Below the pieces are notes generated by a model. The model did no database searches and was not told where the DNA came from. It worked only from the letters and a program-made list of their open reading frames with translations. Of a stretch of 64,000 bases of DNA, positions 11,662-21,992 are shown in pieces. Source of the DNA: Macrostomum hystrix. Taxonomy: Eukaryota > Animalia > Platyhelminthes. Both the position numbers and the translations under genes were made by a program. The stretch spans positions 1,736,001-1,800,000 of the forward strand of contig CATNEN010000011.1 of the NCBI GenBank assembly GCA_950097015.1. The letters are read 5' to 3'. The stretch's first letter is position 1. Each line of letters begins with the position of its first letter.

Positions 11662-13294
11662 ATGGCAGTTGATCTTCTACTGGCGGACAGCGTGAATCTT
11701 CGGCAGCAGCTGGCCAGGGCGACATGCAGACTGGGAGCTCAGGAGCGCCAGTTGACTTGGCTGCGAGACAAGCTCACAGCTGTGCGCAGCCTGGCTGGCC
11801 AATTGGACTCACTGCTGCTCGGCTTTGCGGCAAAGCTGCACTTCAAAGAGCTGGCCCTAGCTGCTCAGGGCAGGCAGATTTGTATGGACGCCGCGGCCTT
11901 TCGGGACCTGGTGGCCGAGGTGGGCCTTCTTAAAGAGAAAATGCAACGCATGCACGACGTTCTAGAGGATCGCGAATGCATCCCGACTGCGACGACTACA
12001 GGCAGTCAACAGGAGAAAGTGTCTCACCAGGCTCAAGTATCAGCCCCAAGTGTGACAAACGGGGACCGGCATAGCCCCGTGGGACAAACGTCAAGTGGCG
12101 GCAGCGGCGGTAGCGGCTACAACAGACAGCTGCCCGGAGCGTCAAGTACTTTAGCTCCTCCTCCGAATACCCCAGACAGGTAACAATGCCCATGACTTTG
12201 TTGATGCTAGAGAGAATAATAAATTTAGAAAGGAACATCCAGCCCAGCTCAAGAAGATCAGTCAGTCCTTAGCCATTGCGTGGCCTTTCCAAAGACGCGC
12301 TATTACAAGCTCCCTTTCTGTTAAAGAGAAACTCCCTTGACGAGCTAGCGGTGGAATTATTAAATATTGCGGAAGACAGCTTTAACCTCAGCAGTTTTAT
12401 CTTATGAATCCACACCTCAGGGCTTTACAAGAGAACTCTCAACTGAGTTCGCCGTCTCACTTGAGTGCCAGCGCTACCCAGCAGCAGCAGCATCACCAGT
12501 TTCATCAGCAGCTGCGCAAGCAAATCAGCTGGGATCCGTCAACCACTTGGTCGAACGCCAGCGCGACTGCGCCTTCGGCAGCCGCCCTTGTCGATGCACG
12601 TAGCGGCGGGCAAGTCAGCCGAACCTCTCAGGGAGCCGTCAACGGTACCGAACACGACGAAGACGCCATTGACGCCGTTGATGACTTTGATGGAGCTGCC
12701 GGACATCGACGAAACCGTCGTCCAAACAACGGCTACGGTGAGGAAGATGACGATGTTGACGATGAAAACGACGCGGCCAGCACAGAGAGTTCGCAGTCGC
12801 TGCAGGATGGAATCTTGGCGTCGGCCTCCGCTGGCATGATCGGCTTGAAGACGCTGCAGTTGTTCAGCAGGCGCTCCGATACTTTGCAGGGCCCGCAGTC
12901 GCGGCGATGGTTCAACCGGCTGCGCTGCTGCAGCTTCCAGGAGTGCGCCATCGTGATTCACCTCATCTATCTGCACCTGATCGCTCTGGTTGCCATCGGC
13001 GGGGTGACTTGCCTGATTGTTGGCACCACCCTGAACAAGAAGGAATACCTGGTGGCCGGGACTGTACTGGTGATAGCCAGCTACGGCCTGTTTCTCAACC
13101 ACTGCTTCTATCGCAGCGCAACTGTCAGCAGCAGCCAGCAGTCCGGCACCCAGAAGGTCCGCATCCGCGACGCAGCCTCGTTGGACCTCGAGGCCAGCAC
13201 AAGCGAGACCATCAACATTGACTTGACTCGTCCGCCGACCCGAAGCATCCTGCAGGTTGACCTGGACTCCAGTCAGTTGAGTCGGGCCTATTGA
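11662..13294 (+). CDS. Orphan protein: N-terminal coiled coil, low-complexity linker, C-terminal 2-TM hairpin; join(11662..12179,12421..13294)
   Basis: The two long ORFs splice in phase 2: GAC AG|GTAACA donor and CCTCAG|G acceptor. Heptad-rich N-terminus. Two hydrophobic segments, AIVIHLIYLHLIALVAIGGVTCLIVGTTL and YLVAGTVLVIASYGLFL. Confidence 0.7.
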
Positions 13295-14369
13295 CATTTA
13301 CTCGTTCAAGCTTTGCGAGAAGAAAAGCTCTGTTTTCTAATGTAACGCCAAATTCGACAAAATTAATGCTCATTCCTTACGCCCTCGAGGGTCCTGCAGA
13401 GAGCATAGACCGTACATGAGCAAGTCAGGGCAGGTGTGCACCCCTGAGTGAGTGTCTGCGCAAAATGTCACTTCTATCGATCTAGATTGGAATTTCACAG
13501 AATTTTGGGTTAGTCTTTATGCTTGGCTTACATTTAAAAAAAATTCCATATATTTATGTGTTACAAATATGCACACACTTCAGCACGTGTCTTCAGAATG
13601 ATCTACATTCACACAGACGAGTCCGACTGTCATTCACAAGCCTCACAACAAATCACATCGATCGTATCTACTCGTTAAATGCAAATGCATGCATGAAATC
13701 TTTTTTTATTCCACTGTAAAAAATACCCGAGCAATAAACATTTTCTGCTGTTTAGGCAAATGATGCCTGACTTACCAGTAAAACAAAAGCTACCAATACT
13801 TTGTTTATCACACACTCGGTACTATATTCGTTACTACGAGTATATATATGCTCTATATTTGGTTTAGCTAACGTTACGTTCCGGTTTTGAAGTTCGATAA
13901 AAAATTAAATTTAATTAAATTTAAACAAAAATGTTGCCGATTTGCTTTTGTTAAACAATACTCTTTATCGTAACTATATTCATCGCATATGTAAATTGCA
14001 TACTAAAATTATTGCCAAAAACTGCAGGCCACAGTTTCAGAGTCGTTTGCGTAATAATAATTTAAAACAAAAAATTTATAATTTCTTTATAACTTCTATT
14101 TCAGTTTCAAAACCAAAGAAGTGAGAGGACGCATTGATTTTTTACTAAACGACGTGAATTAAAAAAATGTTTAGCTCCAACAATGTCGATGACAAAACTC
14201 ATCGAAAAAACTAACCAGCAAAAGGTGTCGTGTTTTTTAGAGTTTTAAGAATAGTTCTGTTTTCAGCCCCCAAATTGAAACTATTGACAAAATTAAAACA
14301 AATGTTTTGGGTAAATTAAGAGAGAAGCTAATAATAAATAAATCAAGGACTTCTATATAATAGCATCTA

Positions 14370-14827
14370 TATAAAATCCGATTTCGTCGTTATTGGACGT
14401 TTAATGGGCGCATTCTGAGCCATGAATCTATCGTCTATGGAAATGCGAAGTCTTGAACCAGTGTGCCATATAATGGTCCCGAAAACGGGGCCCATTAAAC
14501 CATATAATGGGCGCCAAACCAAATCGAATTTCATATAAAATAGTGGCTGCTCAATTTGCAGTCTATGGTTAAAAAGTCCTCGGCCACGCTCAATAGTCAT
14601 TTAGAGTGTAGCGTGAAAAATGGTCAACACACACGCAAGCTTATTTATTTCAAGGACTTCTATGTATATTATATTACCCTCTAATTTTATGTTCTATGGA
14701 AAAGAAAGTCCGAGGATGCATTTATCAGGCCGAGGCGAAGCCGAGGCCTGAGAATAGCGTCCGAGGACTTTCTACCATAGAACACAAAATTAGAGGGTAA
14801 TATGTTATTTAGCCTATGTACAACATC
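14370..14827. repeat. Left inverted-repeat arm (contains 133-bp palindrome 14671-14803)
   Basis: TATAAAATCCG...ATGTACAACATC pairs with 16763-17224. Confidence 0.95.
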
Positions 14828-15218
14828 GGCCACGCTCAATAGTCCTCGGCTCGCTTCGCTCGCCTCGGACCATTAAACGCAGCCTCAGACTTTCTAACCA
14901 CAGAATGCCAATTAAGCAGCCACTATCATATAAATAATCTATATAATAGATGCTATTATTTAACCTACTACAACTATTTAATGTATCGTTTAACGAGGTT
15001 TTTTCTTTTTTATAGAATAACCAACTGTCTATGGTAAACACTTTATTTTACGAGGCTCTAAACCGTTTCTCAGTCCTCGTTTTGAGGCCTGAGAAACGAT
15101 TTGAGGACTTAAAGCGCCAGGAAATAGGATGAACACAAAAAAAGAATTCGCGAAACGCGAAAACAAGAACAGCAGATGACCGAAAGTTCACGTTATTGAA
15201 GGAAAAAAAAGTAGATTG

Positions 15219-16646
15219 TCACTCCCATGTGATGGTTACACAGTTCTCCTCTCCGTTCGCCACAATCTTCATCTTCTTCGCAGGACGATGGTCTTCAGTT
15301 GCAAATAAGGCAGTAATGCTCCCTGTGGCAGTAGCAGCAGATGGGGCCGTAGCATGGGTTGGTAGATTGGTCAGTGTGGTAGTGGTACCCCCTGCATGGC
15401 CTGCGTGCAACGCGTCTGAGATGCGCAGATGGTCAGTACTGTCAAGACGAATATATCGCTCTATAGCACTGCTTGAATGACCCGTGACCCTAGCAATATC
15501 AGCCCGTTCGAAACCAGCCTTTCGTAATTCAGTTGCGCAGGTCTTCCTTAATGATTGATTCGTAAAACGCATGCCATTGCCATTGCCAGTACTAGTTAGC
15601 TCCTTAACAATGTTGTCAAGAGTGTGACGGCCAAGAGGTACGTTCTGATACCATTTTCCGGCAGCAATGCTTGTCTCATTGCGATAGTAGCTCAGGAACA
15701 AGCTGCTAACATGGCAGTTCTCCGGGCGCTTCTCATTGTACTTCAAGTAAATACAAACAAGACAGCGCTCGTGTCCAGGTGTATGAAACGCACGCATTTC
15801 ACGAGGAGGAGTAGGTTTGGCCTTCAAGCCACGATTGTTGGTTTTTTTAGCTCTCTGCTCTGTGAAGAGTAAACATTCTCCAACAGTAGTACTGCTCACA
15901 GTGATGTCCTTGTCATGTTGTAACGCATGTAACTCTGTTCCTCCACGTAGAGCAAAGGTCTTGCCGATGTAATAGATGACGGTAAACAGCAGCAGCCGAG
16001 GATTAGATGTACCAAGATCTCCGCGCTCCCAGAGTGCCAGCTCAAAATCGTGAGGTATAGGCTCACTTGCTCGTTGCCCTGGAATATTACCTTCGCGAAC
16101 GGTTTCCTTCATCGCAGCGTCGAGAGTCGCTCTGGCGTCCGAAAATTGTGGATCTTTCCAGAACGAAAAGTCCTTCTTTAGAGTAAACGTGACATAGTGC
16201 TGCAGCATGGCAAAAATTTCCTTCAGACTTGTCGCATTATACTTGCCACAGTCCTGTTTGCGCACCTCGAAGAAAAATCGCCTCAGAAGATAGTTCCAAT
16301 CGCCTCGACTCCATTCTTCGATCTGTTTGGAGACAAGAAGTCCTTTGGCATCGCCATGCAGAATTGCGCTTTGGCGCTCATTTCGCCACTCGTTGAAAAT
16401 ATTAACGGCCCATTGTTCTTTGCGACGCGTATTGCTCTGAATAGCGGCGGCCAGCTTCGCTTCAATATCAGCTTCATCTAGCTTAACGAATCGCGTTGAG
16501 GATGTAGATGTAGAAGCCGTTTCAGCCCTAATAATAACAGGCCCAATCGAATCTGTTGGTTCTGATGCCCCAGTTGTTGTTCTATTAGCTGGTTCGAACA
16601 ACTCATCTAACCAGTCCAACGCTCCAGGTTGACCCAACGGATCCAT
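15219..16646 (-). CDS. DUF3504/Crypton-type tyrosine recombinase, intronless, 475 aa
   Basis: Recognisable YR catalytic set: FALRGG (R), KKTNNRG (K), TNQSLR (HxxR with Q in place of H), TGHSS (H) and ERY (Y). The N-terminal L.RFFFEVRK.D...Y...SL motif is typical of Crypton and ZMYM/QRICH1/KCTD1 DUF3504 domains. Confidence 0.9.
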   Translation of the reverse strand: MDPLGQPGALDWLDELFEPANRTTTGASEPTDSIGPVIIRAETASTSTSSTRFVKLDEADIEAKLAAAIQSNTRRKEQWAVNIFNEWRNERQSAILHGDAKGLLVSKQIEEWSRGDWNYLLRRFFFEVRKQDCGKYNATSLKEIFAMLQHYVTFTLKKDFSFWKDPQFSDARATLDAAMKETVREGNIPGQRASEPIPHDFELALWERGDLGTSNPRLLLFTVIYYIGKTFALRGGTELHALQHDKDITVSSTTVGECLLFTEQRAKKTNNRGLKAKPTPPREMRAFHTPGHERCLVCIYLKYNEKRPENCHVSSLFLSYYRNETSIAAGKWYQNVPLGRHTLDNIVKELTSTGNGNGMRFTNQSLRKTCATELRKAGFERADIARVTGHSSSAIERYIRLDSTDHLRISDALHAGHAGGTTTTLTNLPTHATAPSAATATGSITALFATEDHRPAKKMKIVANGEENCVTITWE

Positions 16647-16762
16647 GTCACTGACGGATTACTGACACTGAATGAAAAACTATTTCAAAAAGCTTTCTTT
16701 CACGAGGCACAAGTCTATACATAAAAGGCATACTTCGTATTATAGTGTTTTAATATATAGGT

Positions 16763-17224
16763 GATGTTGTACATAGGCTAAATAACATATTACCCTCTAA
16801 TTTTGTGTTCTATGGTAGAAAGTCCTCGGACGCTATTCTCAGGCCTCGGCTTCGCCTCGGCCTGATAAATGCATCCTCGGACTTTCTTTTCCATAGAACA
16901 TAAAATTAGAGGGTAATATAATATACATAGAAGTCCTTGAAATAAATAAGCTTGCGTGTGTGTTGACCATTTTTCACGCTACACTCTAAATGACTATTGA
17001 GCGTGGCCGAGGACTTTTTAACCATAGACTGCAAATTGAGCAGCCACTATTTTATATGAAATTCGACTTGGTTTGGCGCCCATTATATGGTTTAATGGGC
17101 CCCGTTTTCGGGACCATTACATGGCACACTGGTTCAAGACTTCGCATTTCCAACCATAGACGATAGATTCATGGCTCAGAATGCGCCCATTAAACGTCCA
17201 TTAACGACGGAATCGGATTTTATA
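16763..17224. repeat. Right inverted-repeat arm (contains 133-bp palindrome 16787-16919)
   Basis: GATGTTGTACAT...CGGATTTTATA pairs with 14370-14827. Confidence 0.95.
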
Positions 17225-18028
17225 AAAATATTTAATTTCATTCTCGTTTCGACCCGCTCTGGTGTGCCATAATCCTTATTATTATGAGTAGCTTGTCTTT
17301 GATTACCTCAGTTACCTCAGTACATCACCACTTACATGTACCTCCAACTTAGCTGCAATTTATGACTTAGCTCAGTTAAAATATACCGAAGTAAAAAAGC
17401 TGGCTTAAAAAACCCTTAAAATAGGTTTTAGACTAAAGATAGACTTCTATCAAGCCTCAATAAAGCTGATGAATTATTAATTAGAGGCGAGATAATAAAA
17501 GTTAGTCTAGAATTAGCAAGAAAAGATGTACTGTGGAAATATAAGGATCGTTAATGATTTTAGTTGAAATCGAATGCCACACAATAGCTAACATTTTTAA
17601 ACTTTATCTTTAGAGCTAAGAACAGAAAAAATAAGACAAGAAAAATACAAAGAAAATGTTTTTTCATTGCTTGCAAATAAATTAAAAGAAATAGCAACAC
17701 CACCGGAAGATTTTATTTCTAGTAATCGTATAATAATGTCTACTAACTGCATGCTCACTTACGAGTACTAGGAGTAGTACATTGTCAATGAAATGTAATA
17801 GATTTTGAAGTAGCAATAAGTACAATTGCAGACAAATAATGAAACAGGAGAACTAGATGAACTAACGAGCACAGTTAAATAATCCTACTTGGCATAATTT
17901 TATTTGCAATAACACTTTGGCCACAATAAAATATAAAAAAAAAACTTTTAACACCGCATAAAATAAAAGTGATAACGACCCAAAAGTGAACAATCAAAAG
18001 TCTAAATGTACTGTTCAAAGCTACAAAT

Positions 18029-18180
18029 GGGGGCTTGCAGCCTAGTGGTTAGAGCGCTGGACTCACGACTTAAACGTCGCGGGTTCGAATCCTGGCTGGT
18101 AAATAGGTACCAGCATTAGTTAGGGTCATTGAAGGTGGGTGTAACGTCTCCCCAGTCCATGGACTGAACAAGTCAAACGC
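18029..18180 (+). mobile_element. tRNA-derived SINE/pseudo-tRNA (family B)
   Basis: A box (AGCCTAGTGGTTAGAGCG) and B box (GGTTCGAATCC) are present, but the anticodon and acceptor stems do not pair. The downstream CCCCAGTCCATGGACT motif recurs at about 3667-3683. Confidence 0.6.
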
Positions 18181-18551
18181 AACTTTCTGATCAGAGTAAA
18201 TTTAATAAACTGTCAACTACGATAATTAATTTCGAATTAAAAAAAACGCATGTACTTTACTAACAGTAGAAAATCACGTTTTTTTCTGTCCTGGGGAAAG
18301 ACCACTGAAGCCTACTTGACGATAGCTCCCAAACAGAATGACCGATTTTCGTGAGATTCCACCATATGGATGAAAATGTTCCGCCCTTTACGATAAACTA
18401 AATTTCAATGTCATGCGACGTCAGCATCGTCCAGATATTCAGCGGTTTTTGTCGATTTGGTGATTAATTGAATATTTTTTGGGTATTTGCGCTGTTATTC
18501 TAATGTTAAGCCTAAAAGTACATTCCAGAGGAGACAGCCAGAAATCACGAA

Positions 18552-21500
18552 TCACAAATGAACGCGCCGCAAAAGTACATAGCTAGCAAAGCTAACTTTG
18601 CGCTCAAACAAGACCGGCAAGTAGAATGCGCGAAACAGCCTGTGTGACAGACCGGACTCAAGAAATGGCAGGTCTTCCAACAGTTGCCACCCTCCCTGAC
18701 TCAGGTAGTCCGGTTCCAGGTCAGTGTAGCCGCCGCTGCCGCCGCGCTTGTCAATCAGGTAGTCACAGTCGGTCGATGCGTTCAGATATCTTTGAAACAG
18801 GATGCGGTTTTTTGTGAAGTGTCTGACAAGATTTAGTCTCGGCTATCATTTCTAGCCTACAGCGTTGAAATATATAGATTGTTAATAATGAAGATTGTAA
18901 TCGTAATCAGCGAAAAGGGGACAGTGCACATTCCTTAAGCTGCACATTCCTTAAGCTGCACATTCATTAAGCTGCACATTCCTTAAGCTGCACATTCCTT
19001 AAGCTGCACATTCATTAAGCTGCACATTCATTAAGCTGCACATTCCTTAAGCTGCACATTCCTTAAGCTGCACATTCCTTAAACTGCACATTCCTTAAGC
19101 TGCACATTCCTTAAACTGCACATTCATTAAGCTGCACATTCCTTAAGCTGCACATTCATTAAGCTGCACATTCCTTAAGCTGCACATTCCTTAAGCTGCA
19201 CATTCCTTAAGCTGCACATTCCTTAAGCTGCACATTCCTTAAACTGCACATTCCTTAAGCTGCAAATTCCTTAAACTGCACATTCATTAAGCTGCACATT
19301 CCTTAAGCTGCACATTCATTAAGCTGCACATTCCTTAAGCTGCACATTCCTTAAGCTGCACATTCATTAGACCGCACATTCCTTAGAATGCACATTCCTT
19401 AGAATGCACATTCCTTAGAATGCATATTCCTTAAACTGCGCATTCCTTAGAATGCACATTCCTTAGGGGCTTGTCGTGCAATTTACGCCCTTGAGGGCCA
19501 ACCTCCAAGTCACAGTGAAAGTGTACACTGTTTGACGATGAGAAAGTCAGGGCAGATGTACACACTTGTGTGAGTGTGTGTACAAGGAGTCAACAGAATA
19601 GGCAGAATTGCAACCTCGCTGGCTGCGGGTCTACTGTTCAATACTGTTTAAAATATAATTCAAGTTAGACCATAGACAGTCCTAGACAGCTTATGTACCT
19701 AGCACCACAGCTGCATTTTCGAAGTCGCAAAATCAGCAAAGTTGTTAGGAAAGAAACAAAGGAAATCTCCTTCCAAGCATCCTCACCTTGACATCTCCTC
19801 TCTATTCTCCAGATTAAACGGCTGATCCAATCCAAATCTACCCGGCAGTTGGCCGCGAAATTCTGATCGAACAAAGCCAACGGACCAGCCATCGGGCAGT
19901 AGGAATCCACTGGGAAATCTGTGCCACTCTTTGCCCAGACACAGTCGGCCCGGCGGTCCGTGCAGACTTAGGCGGTGATAAACAGTCACGTGGCTCTGAT
20001 AGGACAGGGTTGTGGCGCCAATTCTACTGGCGCTCAACGCCAAGAAGACGGCCAGGACGCAGGGCACCGTCCAGTTGCCGAAGCGTCGGCGAATAGATTC
20101 AAGAGCCACGGCAGCGGCTAGGCATAGAAACGGATAGCACGGATACAGAAAGCGCTCCTCCTTGTGCGCCTGAAGAAAGAATATGGCATTCCATAGCAAC
20201 AGCGGACTCAGCCACAGTAGCAGTTGAGATTGGCCTAGTCGACTAGCTGATAGAGCCGATAGAATACCAATAGCCAGCAATGGCAGCATTATAGGCGTGA
20301 AATTCAATGCGTAATTCATTAGATAGTAGCTGGCCGGAGCAACTCCGTAAAGCTCCGAGCCGGAATTAAACACATTGTAGCGAATCAGATTTAGCGGCGA
20401 CATTGTTGGCCTACCATAGGTCATTGTATCCACTAGAGCTACGGGAATAGCTAGTGCAAAGCCTGAAATTGTTCAATTGTAGTGAAGCTGGTAATAGCTG
20501 CAACTGGAGATTTGGGAATTAAACGCAATGAGGGTCAAAGGAAATAGAATCGGCGATCCACTAAATAACTGGAAAAATCGGCAATCCATTAAAGAACTGG
20601 AAAAATCTGCGACCCACTAAATAACTGGAAAGATCGGCGACCCACTAAATAACTGGAAAAATCGGCGACCCACTAAAGAACTGGAAAAATCGGCGACCCA
20701 CTAAATAACTGGAAAAATCGGCGACCCACTAAAGAACTGGAAAAATCAGCGACCCAATTAAGACTTGGAAAAATCGGCGATCTACTAAAGAACTGGAAAA
20801 ATCGGCGACCCAATTAAGACTTGGAAAAATCGGCGATCCACTAAAGAACTGGAAAAATCGGCGATCCACCAAAGAACTGGAAAAATCGGCGACACAATTA
20901 TGACCTGAAAAAATCGGCGATCCACTAAAGAACTGGAAAAATCAGCGAGACACTAGAGAACTGGAAACATCGGCGACCCAATTATGACCTGAAAAAATCG
21001 GCGATCCACTAAAGAACTGGAAAAATCAGCGATACACTAGAGAACTGAAAACATCGGCGACCCAATTATGACCTGAAAAAATCGGCGATCCACTAAAGAC
21101 CTGGAAAAATCGGCGATCCACTAAATAACTGGAAAAATCGGCGACCCACTAAAGAACTGGAAAAATCGGCGACCCACTAAATAACTGGAAAAATCGTCGA
21201 GCCACTAAAGAATTGGAGAAATCGGCGACCCAATTAAGACTTGGAAAAATCGGCCATCTACAAAAGAACTGGAAAAATCGGCGACCCACTAAAGAACTGG
21301 AAAAATCGGCGATCCACTAGAGAACAGAGATTAGCCTCGAAGCCTCACTCACCTGCAGCAGCAGAGTAGGCCAAAAACTGCATTGGCCGTTTGCGCAAGA
21401 CCACCAAATCCAGGGCCAGCGGAAGGCCGAGCGCCGCGGCAAAGGGCCAGCCAACAATGGCCATGGAAGCAACGCAGGCAACAGCCAATGACAGCCTGTC

Positions 21501-21992
21501 TGTTAGCCAAGCAGCCAGATAAGCGTAGGCCAGCTGCATAGCGAATGCGCTAGGCAAGAAGGCTGTGCTGGAGACAAACACACCAGCTGATGCGGCGCTG
21601 AATGCTACAAAAGCCAGAGAATATACTGAGGATGCTGACGAGAGTGTGGACTTTTTATCTAGACGAAGCTTAATAGCGCCGAATGCGGCAGTCTCGGCTA
21701 GTGCGGTGAAGATTGCCATCCATAATCTGACAGCGTAGAACTGGCTGACTCGGGAGCCACCCAGCCAGCCAATCAGAATGGCCGGCGGAGCGTAGAGCCA
21801 AAGGTAGAGATAGGAGCGGAGCGCGTACTGAGGCGCGTATTCCCAGGTTTGGAAGCCGCTGCCATGCAGGAGGTGATGCAGGGGCTCCCAATAATTGAAA
21901 GTTTCATCACAGTCATTAATGATGTTCCACAGTGCGCTGGCAGTGTGCAGAGTCAAACAGAGGCGAAATACAACCCAACTGGACACTTGCAT
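18552..21992 (-). CDS. ALG9: Alpha-1,2-mannosyltransferase ALG9, 3 exons: complement(join(18552..18789,19787..20462,21353..21992)), 517 aa
   Basis: Diagnostic motifs DCDETFNYWEPLH, QTWEY, HKEERFLYP and CLGKEWHRFPS. The terminal exon, not in the ORF track, reads RYLNASTDCDYLID..PFL..SHRLFRAFYLP..YVLLRRVHL*. Splice phases 1 and 2 are consistent and the total of 1554 nt is divisible by 3. Confidence 0.95.
18925..19465. repeat. 16-bp minisatellite (GCTGCACATTCCTTAA)n in ALG9 intron 2
   Basis: Tandem units are directly visible. Confidence 0.97.
19467..19640 (+). mobile_element. SINE family A, 5'-truncated
   Basis: GACGATGAGAAAGTCAGGGCAGATGTACACAC..GGCAGAATTGCAACCTCGCTGGCTGCGGGTC. Confidence 0.75.
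20548..21325. repeat. 29-bp minisatellite (AAATCGGCGACCCACTAAAGAACTGGAAA)n filling ALG9 intron 1
   Basis: Tandem units are directly visible. Confidence 0.97.

Larger units (their letters stand above)
14370..17224 (-). mobile_element. Crypton-like tyrosine-recombinase element bounded by about 460-bp inverted repeats
   Basis: Left arm 14370-14827 is the reverse complement of right arm 16763-17224, with about 4 substitutions and one 4-bp indel by eye. The arms enclose an intact YR ORF. Confidence 0.85.

Noticed and set aside
12539-13297. 252-aa - strand ORF
   Set aside because: Antisense to the 2-TM gene, with no motifs.
15219-16646. Bacterial/phage integrase or prophage contamination
   Set aside because: The protein has the eukaryotic DUF3504/Crypton N-terminal pattern, there are no neighbouring phage genes or RBS/operon structure, and the flanks are continuous with intron-containing host genes.
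18029-18100. Functional tRNA gene (CAC anticodon-like)
   Set aside because: The anticodon and acceptor stems do not pair and the sequence continues into a repeat body, so it was called a SINE head.
19665-19786. ALG9 C-terminal truncation (RYISCLGLSMV*)
   Set aside because: A complete conserved terminal exon exists at 18552-18789.
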